Part shown: piece after piece, positions 11,401-22,343 of the stretch
Layout of the letters: every line of letters begins with the position of its first letter
How positions within the stretch are numbered: position 1 is the first letter of the stretch
Source of the DNA: Rhizaria sp. SCN 62-66
Taxonomy: Eukaryota
Length of the DNA stretch: 47,264 bases
Assembly (NCBI GenBank): GCA_001724265.1
Contig: MEDY01000229.1
Coordinates: forward strand, 1 to 47,264
Direction: 5' to 3'
Made by a program: the position numbers and the translations under genes
The notes under the pieces: model-generated
What the model saw: only the letters and a program-made list of their open reading frames with translations
What the model was told of the DNA's origin: nothing
The model's database searches: none

Positions 11401-14400
11401 GGCGCGCCGCCATGATCGCCGCTGACCTGGCCGACGCCGACGCCGACGCCGCCGAAGCCACGCTGGCCGCCGACTGCGCCATCCCCGCGCTCCCGCTCGC
11501 CTTCCTTGCTGCCAACAACTCGCCCCGCTCCGCCAACGGTGCCGCTGCGAGCCAGGGGGGCCACGGACAGAGCCCCGCGGTGGTGTTCGGCGCCGTGTCG
11601 TGCTCCGCGCAGCCGCGCGCGACGCTGGCCTCGGACACCGCCGCCAAGTCACCCACCAACAGCAGCAGTAGCAGCAGTGTTGACGTGCCGCCGCTGCGCG
11701 CGCTGCTGGCCTACTTCGCGCGCGCCATGTTCCTTCTCTCCACAGCCTGCCCCGCCGTGGTGCCCGTGGCGCTCAAGGCCGCTCACGGCCCGCTGCGCCG
11801 CCGCCTGCTCTCGCACCTCGTCAGCGGCTCGCCCGCCGCCGCGGCCGCCGCGGTGCACCTGCTCACGGCGCTGTCGCACCTTGCGCTGCCGGCCTTCATC
11901 TCGCCGGTCAAGACCGAGGCCTTCGAGGCTGCCGTGACGACTGCGGCTACGGGCCGCCAGTCCTTCTTCGCCGCCCCCGGCGCGCGCGCTGGCGCCAACG
12001 GCAACAACAGCAGCAGCGACGCCGCCACGACCACCGCCTCTGCGTCTGCCGCAGCGGCCCCGGCCCCCGCGCTGTCGTCCGCGGCCGCGGCTTCGGTGGT
12101 GGCGCTGAACCCTGACGCCGCCGCAGTGCTCTCGGCCATGGGCTTTGCCTTCGCGCCCAACTGGCGCCTTAAGGCCGCGGCCGAGCACCCCATCCTCGCG
12201 CTCGCGCGCTTCGTCGCCGTCGACGCCGTGCAGCACCTCTGGTACCGCCCCCAGCTCCTCGCGGGCGCGCCCGCTACGGTCACCGTCGGCTCCAGCGCCT
12301 CTGGCGGCAGCAAGACGCTCGCCCCCGGCGCTGTGGCCGCTGCGGTCGCCGCGCAGCAGGGCTACCTGGGCAGCTCCGCCTCGTCGACCTCAGCCGCGGC
12401 GCAGGGCCCGTCCCCGGCGGCCGTGCTCTCGCTGCTCGAGGCCGTGGTGGTCTCGGAGCTGCTGTGCGACCGCGCCAAGGCCGTCCAGGTGTTGCACGAC
12501 ACGGCCGGCATCGTGCATACGCTGCTCGCCATGATCGCGTCGCCCGACCCGGAGGACGCGGCCATCGTGCCCCCCGCCGTCGCGCCCGCCGGCGCTGACT
12601 CTGCTGCTGCCGCTACAGCGCCCGTTCTGCCCCGGCGCAACACCGCAGCCGGCAACAACAACGGCGGCAACAGCAACGGTAGCAACGCTGCTGCTGCTGG
12701 CGGTAGCAACTCTGGCATGTCGCGAGCTGCGCTCACGGTCACGGTCCCCGAGGCCTCGGCTGCCGCCGTGGCCGGCCTGGGCTCCTTCGCGCCGCCCGTG
12801 CCGTCGACCTCCGCGGGCCTGGGGCTGGTGCCCCCGCTGTCGCCCGCGGCCGGCACGCTCCGAAACATCTCCCCCACGGCCACGTCGGGCGCCGCCTCCG
12901 CCGCCGCCTCGGCCACGACCGCCGCAGCCGCAGCCGTGTCGGCCGCCGACGCCGAGGCCGTCACCGCACTGCTCGCCTTCGACCCCGCCGCACCGCTCGC
13001 CGGCGCCCCCGCCGCCGCGGTGTGGGCGCGCTCCGTCGCCGTCGCCGCTGCGGCTCGCGACCCCGCCACCGGCGCCGCCGCCGCCGCCGCCGCGCTGCCC
13101 GCGCAACGCGCCGCGGCCGCCGCGCTCGCCGCCTCGGCTACCGCCGCCGCCGCCGCCGCCGCGACGCCCGTCGAGCCCGAGGCGGCTGCGCTGGCCCGGC
13201 GCGCGGCAGTGCGCGACGCCCCCGGGGACGCCGCCGCCGCGCTCGCCGGGCACTGGTACTACCGCGTCGCCCCGTCGGCGCTCGCGCTCAGCCCTCCCGT
13301 CAACGCCGTGCCTGCCGCCGCCGGCTCGGCCGCGACCGCTGCGACGGCGGCGCTGGCGCTGCCGCGCGTGACGTACCCGCTCTCGGTGCGCGTGCGCGCG
13401 GCTCGGCTGCTGGGCCTGCTGTGTCTGCACAGCGTCGCGGGCCCCTATGTGCTCGCCTCGGCCACGCACCTACTCTCGCAGTCCTTCACCGAGGTCGTGC
13501 TCGCCGCCTCTGCGCGCCCGCGCTGGCTGCTCCAGTGCTTCGACGCGCAGCAGGACGGCGCCAGCGCGCTTCCCTACTCCGCGCCCGCGTCGGGCTCCGC
13601 TAGCTCCGCCGGCTTCGTGGTGGCCCCGCCGTCGCCCTTGCTGTGGTGGGGCGCGTGGTGCCGCCGCGACCTGCGCTCCTTCCTCTTCCCCGAGCTCTCC
13701 GCACTGGGCCACGTGCACCTCGCGCGCACCGCCGCCGTGTCGGCCGCCGCGCACGCCGCGCGCCGCTCGGCCGCGCTCGCCGTCGCCGCGGGCGCCATGG
13801 GCCGCATCAACCTGGGCGCGCGCGTCCGCGCCGAGCACCTGGGCAGCGCGCACGTCGTCGCCGCCACGGCCGCGACGGCCCCCGCCCCGACCTTCGCCGC
13901 GCTCTGCTCCTCTGGCGCGCCCGGTGTGGCGGCCGCGCGCCTGGGCCGCGCCGCCGCAACGACGCTGCTGACGGCTGCCGTCTCGCGCGAGCTCGCGCGC
14001 GGTCGCTTCCCGCTCGTCCCCGTGGGGCTGGAGGACTGCTACAACGGCAACAACAGCTACTCCGCCGCCGTCACTGCGCGCTCCGACGTGACCGCCGCCA
14101 AGGACCGCGCGCGCGTCGCCGGCGGCCGCAACCCCGGTGTCGGCGGCGGCAACGGCGCCTCCCACGCGGCGGCCGCCGCCGCTGCCGCCGCTGCGCCCAT
14201 GTCCGCCGCCGCCGCGGCGGCCGCGGCCCCCGGCGCGAGCACGAGCGGCAGCAGCCTGCTCGCGCAGCCCTACCCGGTCGCGCTCGTCGACTGCAAGGCC
14301 GCCGTGGGCGCGCTCGCGCTCGCGCCCAGGCCCGCGGGCGCCGCCGCCGCCGCGGTCGCCGCGGGCGCGCTGCCGTCGCCGCTGCTGGACGTGGAGACGT

Positions 14401-17400
14401 TCGTGGCCGCGGGCACGCTCGCGCTCGTCACGCTGCCGCCCGTCACGGCCTCCGCCTCCGCCGCGGCCGCCGCGCCCGTCGTGCTCACGGTCACCGCGCG
14501 CGCGCTGACGGCGCTGGCGGCCGCCGTGGACGCCGCCACTGGCGCGACGGCCGCGGCGCCGTCCCGCTCGCGCCGCGGATTGGCCCGGCTCTCACCGCTC
14601 ATCCTGCTCAGTCCCGACGCACCTGCCACGGCGACCTGCCTGGCGCACCCGCGCCTCGCCGCGGCGGGCGCCGGCAAGCAGAGCGCGTTCCTGTCGACGC
14701 CGGCCGTGGTGACGCCCGCGCTCGCCATCGAGGCCAACGCCGCCGAGTCCGCCGCCGCCGCCGCCGCCGCCGCGGGGCTCCCCATCCCGGCCGTCGCACG
14801 CACAGTCACCGTCGGCGCCGTCACCGACGCCTGCCCCGTCGCGCTCGCCTTCATGCCCCCCGCCGGCGCGAATGCCTCCGACTCCACCTCTGGCGCCGGT
14901 GCGGCCGTGAGCGGAGTGCCGCGCATCGGCCTCTTCGTGTTCCCGTCGGCGACGCCCGTGGAGCTCACGGTCGCCCTCGAGCGCGCTGCGGCCGCCGTGG
15001 CCGACGCCGCCTCCGCCTCCGCCTCAGGCTCTGGTAGCAACGGCGGCAGCGACCCGCGCAAGCCGATGGTGCGCGCAGGCGCGTCGATGTCCGTGCTCTC
15101 CTCGCCCTCCGTCTCAGGCGTGGCGAGCCCTGGCAAGGTCAAGGCGGCCTCGGCCAAGGCGCAGGCCGCCGCGGACGAGGCCCAGGCCGCGCGCGTGGTC
15201 GCGCTGAGCATCGGCGTGCGCGGCGACTGGCGCGGCCGCTTCACGCTGCTGCACCGCCACGCGCTGGCCCGCCAGACCAGCGTCGACGGGCTCGTCGTGG
15301 GGGCCCTCACGGCGCACTGGGACCGGCGCGTGCTGCCGCAGTCGGCCGCGAACCCCGTGGCCGGCGACGCCGTAGTGGACGTGCCCGCGCCGCGTCACCG
15401 CACGTCCTTCGCGCTGGGCGTGCTGTCGAGCGTGCGCGACGCCATGGCCAGCTCGCTCGCGCTGCAGCGCACACTGCGTGAGGCTGCGCGCCTGCGCAGG
15501 GGCCGCGCGCTGCTGCGCCACCGCCTCGCCGAGGCCCGCCGCGCGCGCGCAACCAAGAGCGCCGCTGGCGCCACCAGCAGCAACAGCACGCTGGCGAACG
15601 CTGTCAGGGCAAAGGCCGCGCGGAAGCCCAAGTCCTCAGACAGCGACGACAACAACAACAACAACAACAACAACAACAGCGACGACTCGAACGACGATGA
15701 TGATGACGACGACGACGACGAGGACCGCGACGACATCGACACGGACGTCTCGTGCAGCGACAGCTCCGACTCTGACGACGAGTCCGCGGGCGCCGTCGCC
15801 GCCACGGTCACCGCGCGCGCGGGCCCAGTAACCAACGCGCGCGTGGTGTCGCGTCACATCTCTTCGCAGATCCGCGCGCTGTCGGGCCAGGTCCCGCGCG
15901 TGAGCGAGGTCGCGCTGCTGCGCGTGCAGCTCCGCGCCGCGCAGCACCGCATCTGCGCGCTCTTCGACGCGCTTGCCTTTGTCGCGCTCCGCGGCACCGC
16001 CGCCAAGCCCGCCTCCGCGTCGACCGGCGTGCCCGCGACGGTGGCGATCGTCGCTGACACGCTGCTGCTGGCGCGCGTGCTGCTCGCTTCGGACGCGCCC
16101 GCCTTCGTCCCCACCGCCTTCTTCACCGGTGTCTCGGGCACCGACGCCGCCGCAGCCGCGGCGGCTGTCAGCGCCAACGCCAGCCTCGGCGCCGCTGCCG
16201 CTGCCGGCGCAGCCGCGGTGACTGGCGCGCTGCCGTCGGACGACCCCGCCGCGGCCTTCTACTTCAAGCTGCCGGGCTTCGACGTCAACCCGCCCCTGCC
16301 TACGGTCGCAAACAGCGCCAGCAACAACCCCGCGGCTGCCGCCGCCGCCGCTGCTGCCTCCGCGTCGCCTGCACCGACGACTGCGGCCGGTTCTGGCGAC
16401 GCCTCGGCCTCGGCCGGTGCCTCTGCCTCTGCATCTGCGTCTACCGCGGTCACCTCGCCGGTCCCCGCCGCCGCCGCTTCCTCCGCCGCCGCGGCGGGCT
16501 ACGCGTTCCTGCCCAACGGCCCGTCGGCCGAGGTGTTGTCGACGCTGATGGAGACGGCGCCCTCGCTGCACACCGTCGTCGTCGTCGCCGCCGACGCGCC
16601 CATGGCGCACGCGCCCTGGCTCTCGGCGCGCGCCGCCAACGCCGCCGCCGCCGCCGCTGTGGGCTCCATTGCTGAGGGCGACAACGAGGACGAGCTCTCT
16701 CCGAACGGCACCGCTAATAGCAATGCCGCGCTCGCGGGGGGCGCTCCTGGCAACGCTGTCAGCAGCAGCGGCAGCGCGGCAGTGGGCTCCTCCGGCCGCG
16801 GCTCCGCCATCAGCTCCAGCGGCAGCGCCCGCGGCAGCGGCAGCGGCCTCATCAACACCGGTGCCGCCAACGCTAACGCTGGTGCTGTGTCTGTTTCTGC
16901 GATCACGATCCAGGTCGACACCACCAAGACGACCACGACGACTGTGAGCACTACGCCCATCGTCACCGGCAACAGCAGCGGCAACGGTGCGGTCACGACG
17001 ACGACGGTGACGACGACTACGACCTCGTCTTCGGTGCGCTCGGCCGCCGCCGCGCTCACGGCCACCACGGTGCCCGCGCCCACCGCGCTCGTGTCGTGGA
17101 TGTGCGCCGCCACCAACACGCGCGCCGCGCACGGCGCCTCGGCTGCGCTCACCGCCGCCGCCGCCGCCGCCGCGACCGAGGCGCACGCGGGCGCGCCGCC
17201 GCTCGCCCCGCTGGCGCTGCCGCGCGTCACGGCCCCGCCCTCGGCCGCGGGCGCCACCACGGCCACTGCCGCCGCCGCCAATGCCGCCGCCTCAACCGTG
17301 TCCGCGGCCTCGTTCGCGCTCGCGGCCTCGGCCCGCTGCCTCTCTGCCGTCTCCGCGGCGGCGCCCAGCGCGTTCAAGGGCACGTTCCTGCACGCGCTGT

Positions 17401-20400
17401 CGCAGTTCACGCTCGCGCAGACTGAGCTGCAGGACGTCGCGCTGGCCGCCGGGCTCACGGCCGCGGGCGCCGTCGCCGTCCCGGGCTCGAGCGCCAGCGC
17501 GAGCATGTCCTCCGCGAGCGCCGGCGCCAACAGCGCGTTCGACCACCCCGTGGTGCTGCGCGTGCTGCACCTGCTGCTGGCGGCTTCGTGCGGGCCCCGC
17601 GCGGTCGCGCCCGTCGCCGCCGCGGCCGCCGCCGAGGACGAGGCCGACGCCCCGGTCAACGCGCCCTCCCCTGGCGATCTGACCTCGGCCGCCGCCGCCG
17701 CCGCCGCCGCTGGCTCCGGCAGCGCCGCATCTGCGCTGCTGACGCCGCGCCTGGGCCGGCACCTGGGCGCGCTGGCCGTGGCGGCGTCGTTCGCGCAGCA
17801 CCGGCTGTACCGCTTCGTGTTGCCGCTGCTGCACCTTTACCCCACCGTCTACGCCTACCCCTACGCCGCCACTCAAAGCAATAGCAATAGCAACAGCAAC
17901 GGCGCGATGACGGCGGTGCCGACGCTGGACACGCCCGCCTCGGTCACCGCGCTGGCCAACGCCGTGACAGCGGCGCCCGCCGTGGCCGCCGCGTCCGCCG
18001 CCTCGACTGCGCCGCTTAACGCCTACGCGGCGACGCTGGACCTCGCGCTGGCGCTGCTGCGCACCGTGGTGACGGCGCTTGACGTGCCGACCGCGCCCGC
18101 GCCCGGCGCCGTGGCCTCCGCGCTGGGCACCTCGGTCGCCGCCGCGCGCCAGACGGTGCGCCGCGAGGCGTACGTGCGTGCGCACACCTTCGCCAGCAAC
18201 GCCGCCGCCGCCAGCCGCCGCGCGCGCGCCGCCGCCAAGGAGGCCGAGGCGCGCCGCCGCCGCGAGCAGCAGCTCGCGGAGGAGCGCGCCGCCGCCGCCG
18301 CCGCTGCCGCCGCCGCCGCTGCTGCTGCGGCCGCTGCGGCTGCCGCCGCCGCCGCTGAGAACACCACCGCGACCGAGGGCGGCGACGCTGCTGCCTCTCC
18401 TGCCACTGCGGCGGCGACTGAGGGCACTGCTACCGATGCCGCCGTCGCTGCGTCTGCGACTGGCAGCCCTGTCAAGTCGCTCAGCCTCAACGTCGGCGGC
18501 GACGACGATGAGGGCGGCGACGCCCCCACCGCGCTGCCGGCCGTGGCCGCGCCCGTCACGCCGTCGAGCAAGGGCAGCAGCCGCGGCACCAGCGCCGCGG
18601 GCAAGCGTCCCAGCGTCGGCGTGCCCGCCAGCCCTTCCGGCGCGTCCACGCCCCGCTCGCGCGCGGGCACCTTGTCCCGCAACTCCGCTGCCAACGCCAC
18701 CGCTAACGCCGCCGCCGCGCTGGGCTCGCCCGCGGTGCCCGGCGGCGGCGCCGCGGCCGTGTCGCCCGCGGCCGCGCTGGCCGCCGTGCGCGCGCCCGTG
18801 CTGTCGTCGGTGCTTGCCGCCGCGGGCTCCGCCTCGACCGCGGCCGCCACGCCCTTCATCGCGGGCGCGCTGGCCGCCGAGCGCGGCTCCTGCGTCGTCG
18901 ACGCGTCCATCGCGCAGCGCCTGTCGCTGTTGTCGGCGACCGTCAGCGGCATCCTGAACCTCGCCGCGGGGCCCGCGTTGCTGTCGCTAGTCATGCAGCC
19001 CGGGCTCGTGGCGCCCAGCACGCGCGCCGGCGCGGCGCTGACGGTGCTCACACTCTGCGCAGTCGCGCGCAACCGCGAGCGCGACGCGCGCCTCGCCACC
19101 GTCGCCGAGTACCTGCTGCGGCCCGCCATCGCCGAGCACGGCGCGCTCACCGCCGTCGCCGCGCGCCAGCGCGCCACGCTGCCCGAGGCCGCGGGCGTCA
19201 TGGTCTCGGACCTCGTGCTCGCATACGCCGACGCGCACGCCGCCAGCGCGCGCCTCTACGCCGGCCTCACCGCGCCGCCCACGTGCGCTAGCAGCACTGC
19301 GCTCACGCTCGCGTCCCCGGGCTGCGCGCTGCCGCTGTCCCCTAGCGCCGCCGCCGCCGCCGCCAACGCTGCGGCCGAGGCTGAGGTGGCCGTCTCCGCC
19401 GCGACCGATGCCGCCTCTGCTGCCGCGGCCCTCGCCGCCGCGAACGAGTGCTACTCGGCCGCGGCGGCGCTGCTGGGCTTCCCCATCGCCTCTGCCGCCG
19501 CGCTCGCCGCCGCGGCCGCCACGGCCAGCTCCGCCGCGGGCGCCAACCTGCCCTCAGCGGCCCCGCTGCCCTCGCGCGCGGGCCCCGGCGCGGCAGCCGT
19601 GGTGCACTTCACCTCGCTGCTGACCACGGCCTTCACGGACGTGCTGGCGGCCGCGCGCGATTCGGCGGGCGGCGCGCTGTGCCTGCCGCGCGAGGAGGAC
19701 GAGGTTGATGCCGCGATGCTCGCCACGCGCACGCTTGCGCTCCCCTCCGCGGACAACGGCGACGACAGTTGCGACAACAACATCAGCAGCAGCAGTAGTA
19801 CCGCTGTGGTCTCCAGCGACAGCGCAACTGCCGCTGCCCGCGCCGCGTTCGCCGAGCTCTGCGCCAGCGAAGACGCGTCCGCCGCCGCCGCTGCTGGCGA
19901 TGACAACAGCGCCAGAGGTGGCTTCAAGGCCGGCGCGGCGGTGCGCTCCGCCGGTCTGGCGCCACTGCGCGTGCAGCTCGCCTGGCTCGCGCGCGCAGAC
20001 GCGCTCACCGCCGCTGCGGCCGCCGCGCTTGCCGAGAGCGAAGCCAGCGCCTCCGCGGCCGCGACTGGTGCCCGTGGTAGCGTCAGCAGCATCGTCAGCG
20101 CGACCGACAAGTCGACCGCGGACGAGCACAAGGATGCCAGCTGCGGTGACAACGAGGCCGCCGAGCACGACGACGCCGCCGCCGCTGACCGCAGCGACGC
20201 CACCGCGAGAGGCGGCAGAGGCAAGGTGCGTCTGTCGGCCGCCGCAGCCGCCGCGGTGCTCACCGTGGACGGCCACGCGCTGCCCCGTTCTGAGTGCCCC
20301 GCCGACGCCGCTGCCACTGACTCGCAGCCTTCCAAGGCTCAGGCGCAGTCGCTGACGCCGCTGGCGACGGCGCTGAGCGCGATCAAGACCCCCGCGGCGG

Positions 20401-21602
20401 CCTCAGCGGCTTCGCTGGGACTCTTGGCCCACGGGCTCGCACGCGCGCTGCGCCGGCTGAGCCCCGCTGCGCTGGCCGCCGTGCTCGACTGCATGCTCAA
20501 CGGCTCACACAGCACCGCGGGTACCTCGGGTACCACGGGCTCCGCTGCGAATGTGAGCGCGGCTGCCGTCTCTGCGGCCGCGGGCAGCGTGCTGGAGATC
20601 CTCGAGGCCGTGCAGCCGCCCAGCGGTGTGGTCACGACGCCGCAGCAGACCGCGGCGCTGGCCGGCGCGGCCTTCCTCTGCGCCGCCGCGCCGCACGACG
20701 CCGACGCCGCGCTGTGCGGCCGCAAGTGGGGGTTGGCGGCGTCGCGCGCGCCGCTGCTGGCGGCGTTCCGCCGCGCGCTCAACGCGGTCATGACGACGCA
20801 CATCGTGCCCATCGTCGAGGCCTCGAGCGAGGACATCCTCGCCGCGACGGCCGGCCACGGCGGCCACGGCGGCAGCCACAGCAGCAACACGAGCTACAAC
20901 AGCACCCGTGGCGGGCACCGCCACACGGAGCACAGCGGCTCCACCTCTGCCTCGGCCGCCGCCTCCGCCGCGGCCGCGTCCATCCGCAACCGCGCGTCGC
21001 TGATCCCGCTGCCCGGCCCCGGCGCCGCCGGCGCCGTCGCGGTCGGCGGTGCCGCGCCCACGTCTGCCGCGGCCGCAGCTGCGGTCGCTGCCGTGGCCGC
21101 GGGCGCCGGCGCAGGCGCCATGGCGACGGCCTCTGGCTCCGCGGGCGTGGCTGCGCACTCGTTCCCCTACGCCGCGGTGCACGCGGGGACGGTGGGGCAG
21201 TGGACGCCTCACGTGGGGCGCGTGTTCGACCTCCGCGATACGTTGCGCCTCGTCTACACCGCCGCCAACGGCCACGGTTACGGCGTTGGCTGCAACACCA
21301 GCAACGGTGAGAGCGACGGCGTCGCTGCTGCGAATCCTGTCGCGGCGACCGAGCTCTCTGCGCAGCTGCAGGCGGCCGTGCTGGCCGTCGCCGTGGGCGC
21401 CGTGGCGGCGGAGCGGCTGCCGGTCGAGCTAGCCGACGCTGAGCCCGTCGCGGGCGCCGCGGCAGTGCTGCCGTGGAGTCACCTGGCGCCCGTGGGGCGG
21501 CCGCCGACACGCTTTAAGACGCTCAAGGACGCCAACAACAACCCCGCCGTGGCGGCAGGCACCCCGTTGGCGACGCCCGCGTGGTTCGACCAGCCCGAAT
21601 AA
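2431..21602 (+). CDS. DNAJC13: Giant divergent RME-8/DNAJC13-like protein (IWN-repeat/ARM scaffold), ~6,281 aa; exons 2431-2445 and 2772-21602
   Basis: Blocks are collinear with RME-8 IWN-repeat regions: EHATPTLIWAERNKVELLDAIQTEVEDF...WDHEGFDVTYPSLGRHLKVGAYYIRNLL (~4880-5080); RDYVISFLERLLTHPGNISRFVACNGVNTILYYIVQVH (~5600-5715); LVQLLVSESEDMVDGALRVL...TGVFLFLLY...LSPFLPPPFVRLL...GLLWTPFMRSDL...LVYEY...FPTHEQELYVGQVYVRVFN (~6680-7225); RSPSLLWG (~10090); RELTVDGVYLRVF (~10660); PSPLLWWG (~13630). A phase-0 intron 2446-2771 (GTACGT...CCGCAG) joins ATG GGT GGC ACG GTG to AGC GTT GAG. Ends TAA. May be a paralog rather than the orthologue. Confidence 0.8.
15645..15735 (+). repeat. Coding trinucleotide microsatellite (AAC)n then (GAY)n: poly-Asn/poly-Asp
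   Basis: Seen directly: gacgac aacaacaac...aacagc gacgac...gatgatgatgacgacgac, encoding DDNNNNNNNNNSDDSNDDDDDDDDDEDRDD. Confidence 0.9.
18288..18356 (+). repeat. Coding (GCN)n poly-alanine tract (>20 Ala), the longest of many in the window
   Basis: gccgccgccgccgccgctgccgcc...gct after EERA in the giant ORF. Confidence 0.9.
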
Positions 21603-22343
21603 GCAGAGTAAGCAAGCAGAGCGACGAAAGTAACTGTCGCAATGCTTTCTGTGAGTTTCTTATATGAGTGCGTTGTACGCTGTATATACGCATTGATTGT
21701 TTTGTTTCGTCTCTGTTTTTTATTGCAACTTGATACGTTGTACCTAGGTCAAATGATACTTGTGCTCCATGTTGCTTTTTTTTCCCCACTTTGTATTTGT
21801 TTTATTCACAGCCTACTTCTTTAAAAAGACCAAGTTTCCCTTTGATGTTATAGCCTTGTTAACGTGTACGTTTTTGCTCTTGTATGTCTCAAGCTATTTC
21901 CTCTTATTATTAGCAATGTCGACTAAATACAGCTATGTCGCTTATTTTCATCATCGCACTTCGTCATTACATTCGAGTTACACTGCGTGACACACACTTG
22001 ACGTCAGCCAGTGGCGGGTTGGTCGGGGGTTGGCTCTGCTGGAAGATGGCGTTATCGGAAGCGCAGTGATTGTGGTTCAAAGTTCGACGAATAGAGATGA
22101 ACTCTCACTATGCTTTTTTAGTTGTGCGCCTATATACATTTTTTAATAAATTATCTCAAATCCTGTCATATCCTTGCAGCCGCCTGAGCGACTGCTCTCA
22201 CCTCTCCCACTCCCCGTGCTCGCATCTCCCGACCCACTCGCTCCGCGCTTTCTTCATCAGCAGAAGCAGCACCACAACCACCACAGCAACTCGCACTTTT
22301 CCCTGACATTTTGTTCCCGCGCGTGCGTTCGTGAGTCGCCGCC

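Noticed and set aside
2853-21510. Many long antisense and alternate-frame ORFs over the giant gene (e.g. 2853-5783 minus, 976 aa) and over other genes
   Set aside because: Shadow ORFs expected from extreme C/G-ending codon bias. The translations are Arg/Gly-rich with no motifs, while the chosen frames carry family motifs and consistent splice phases.
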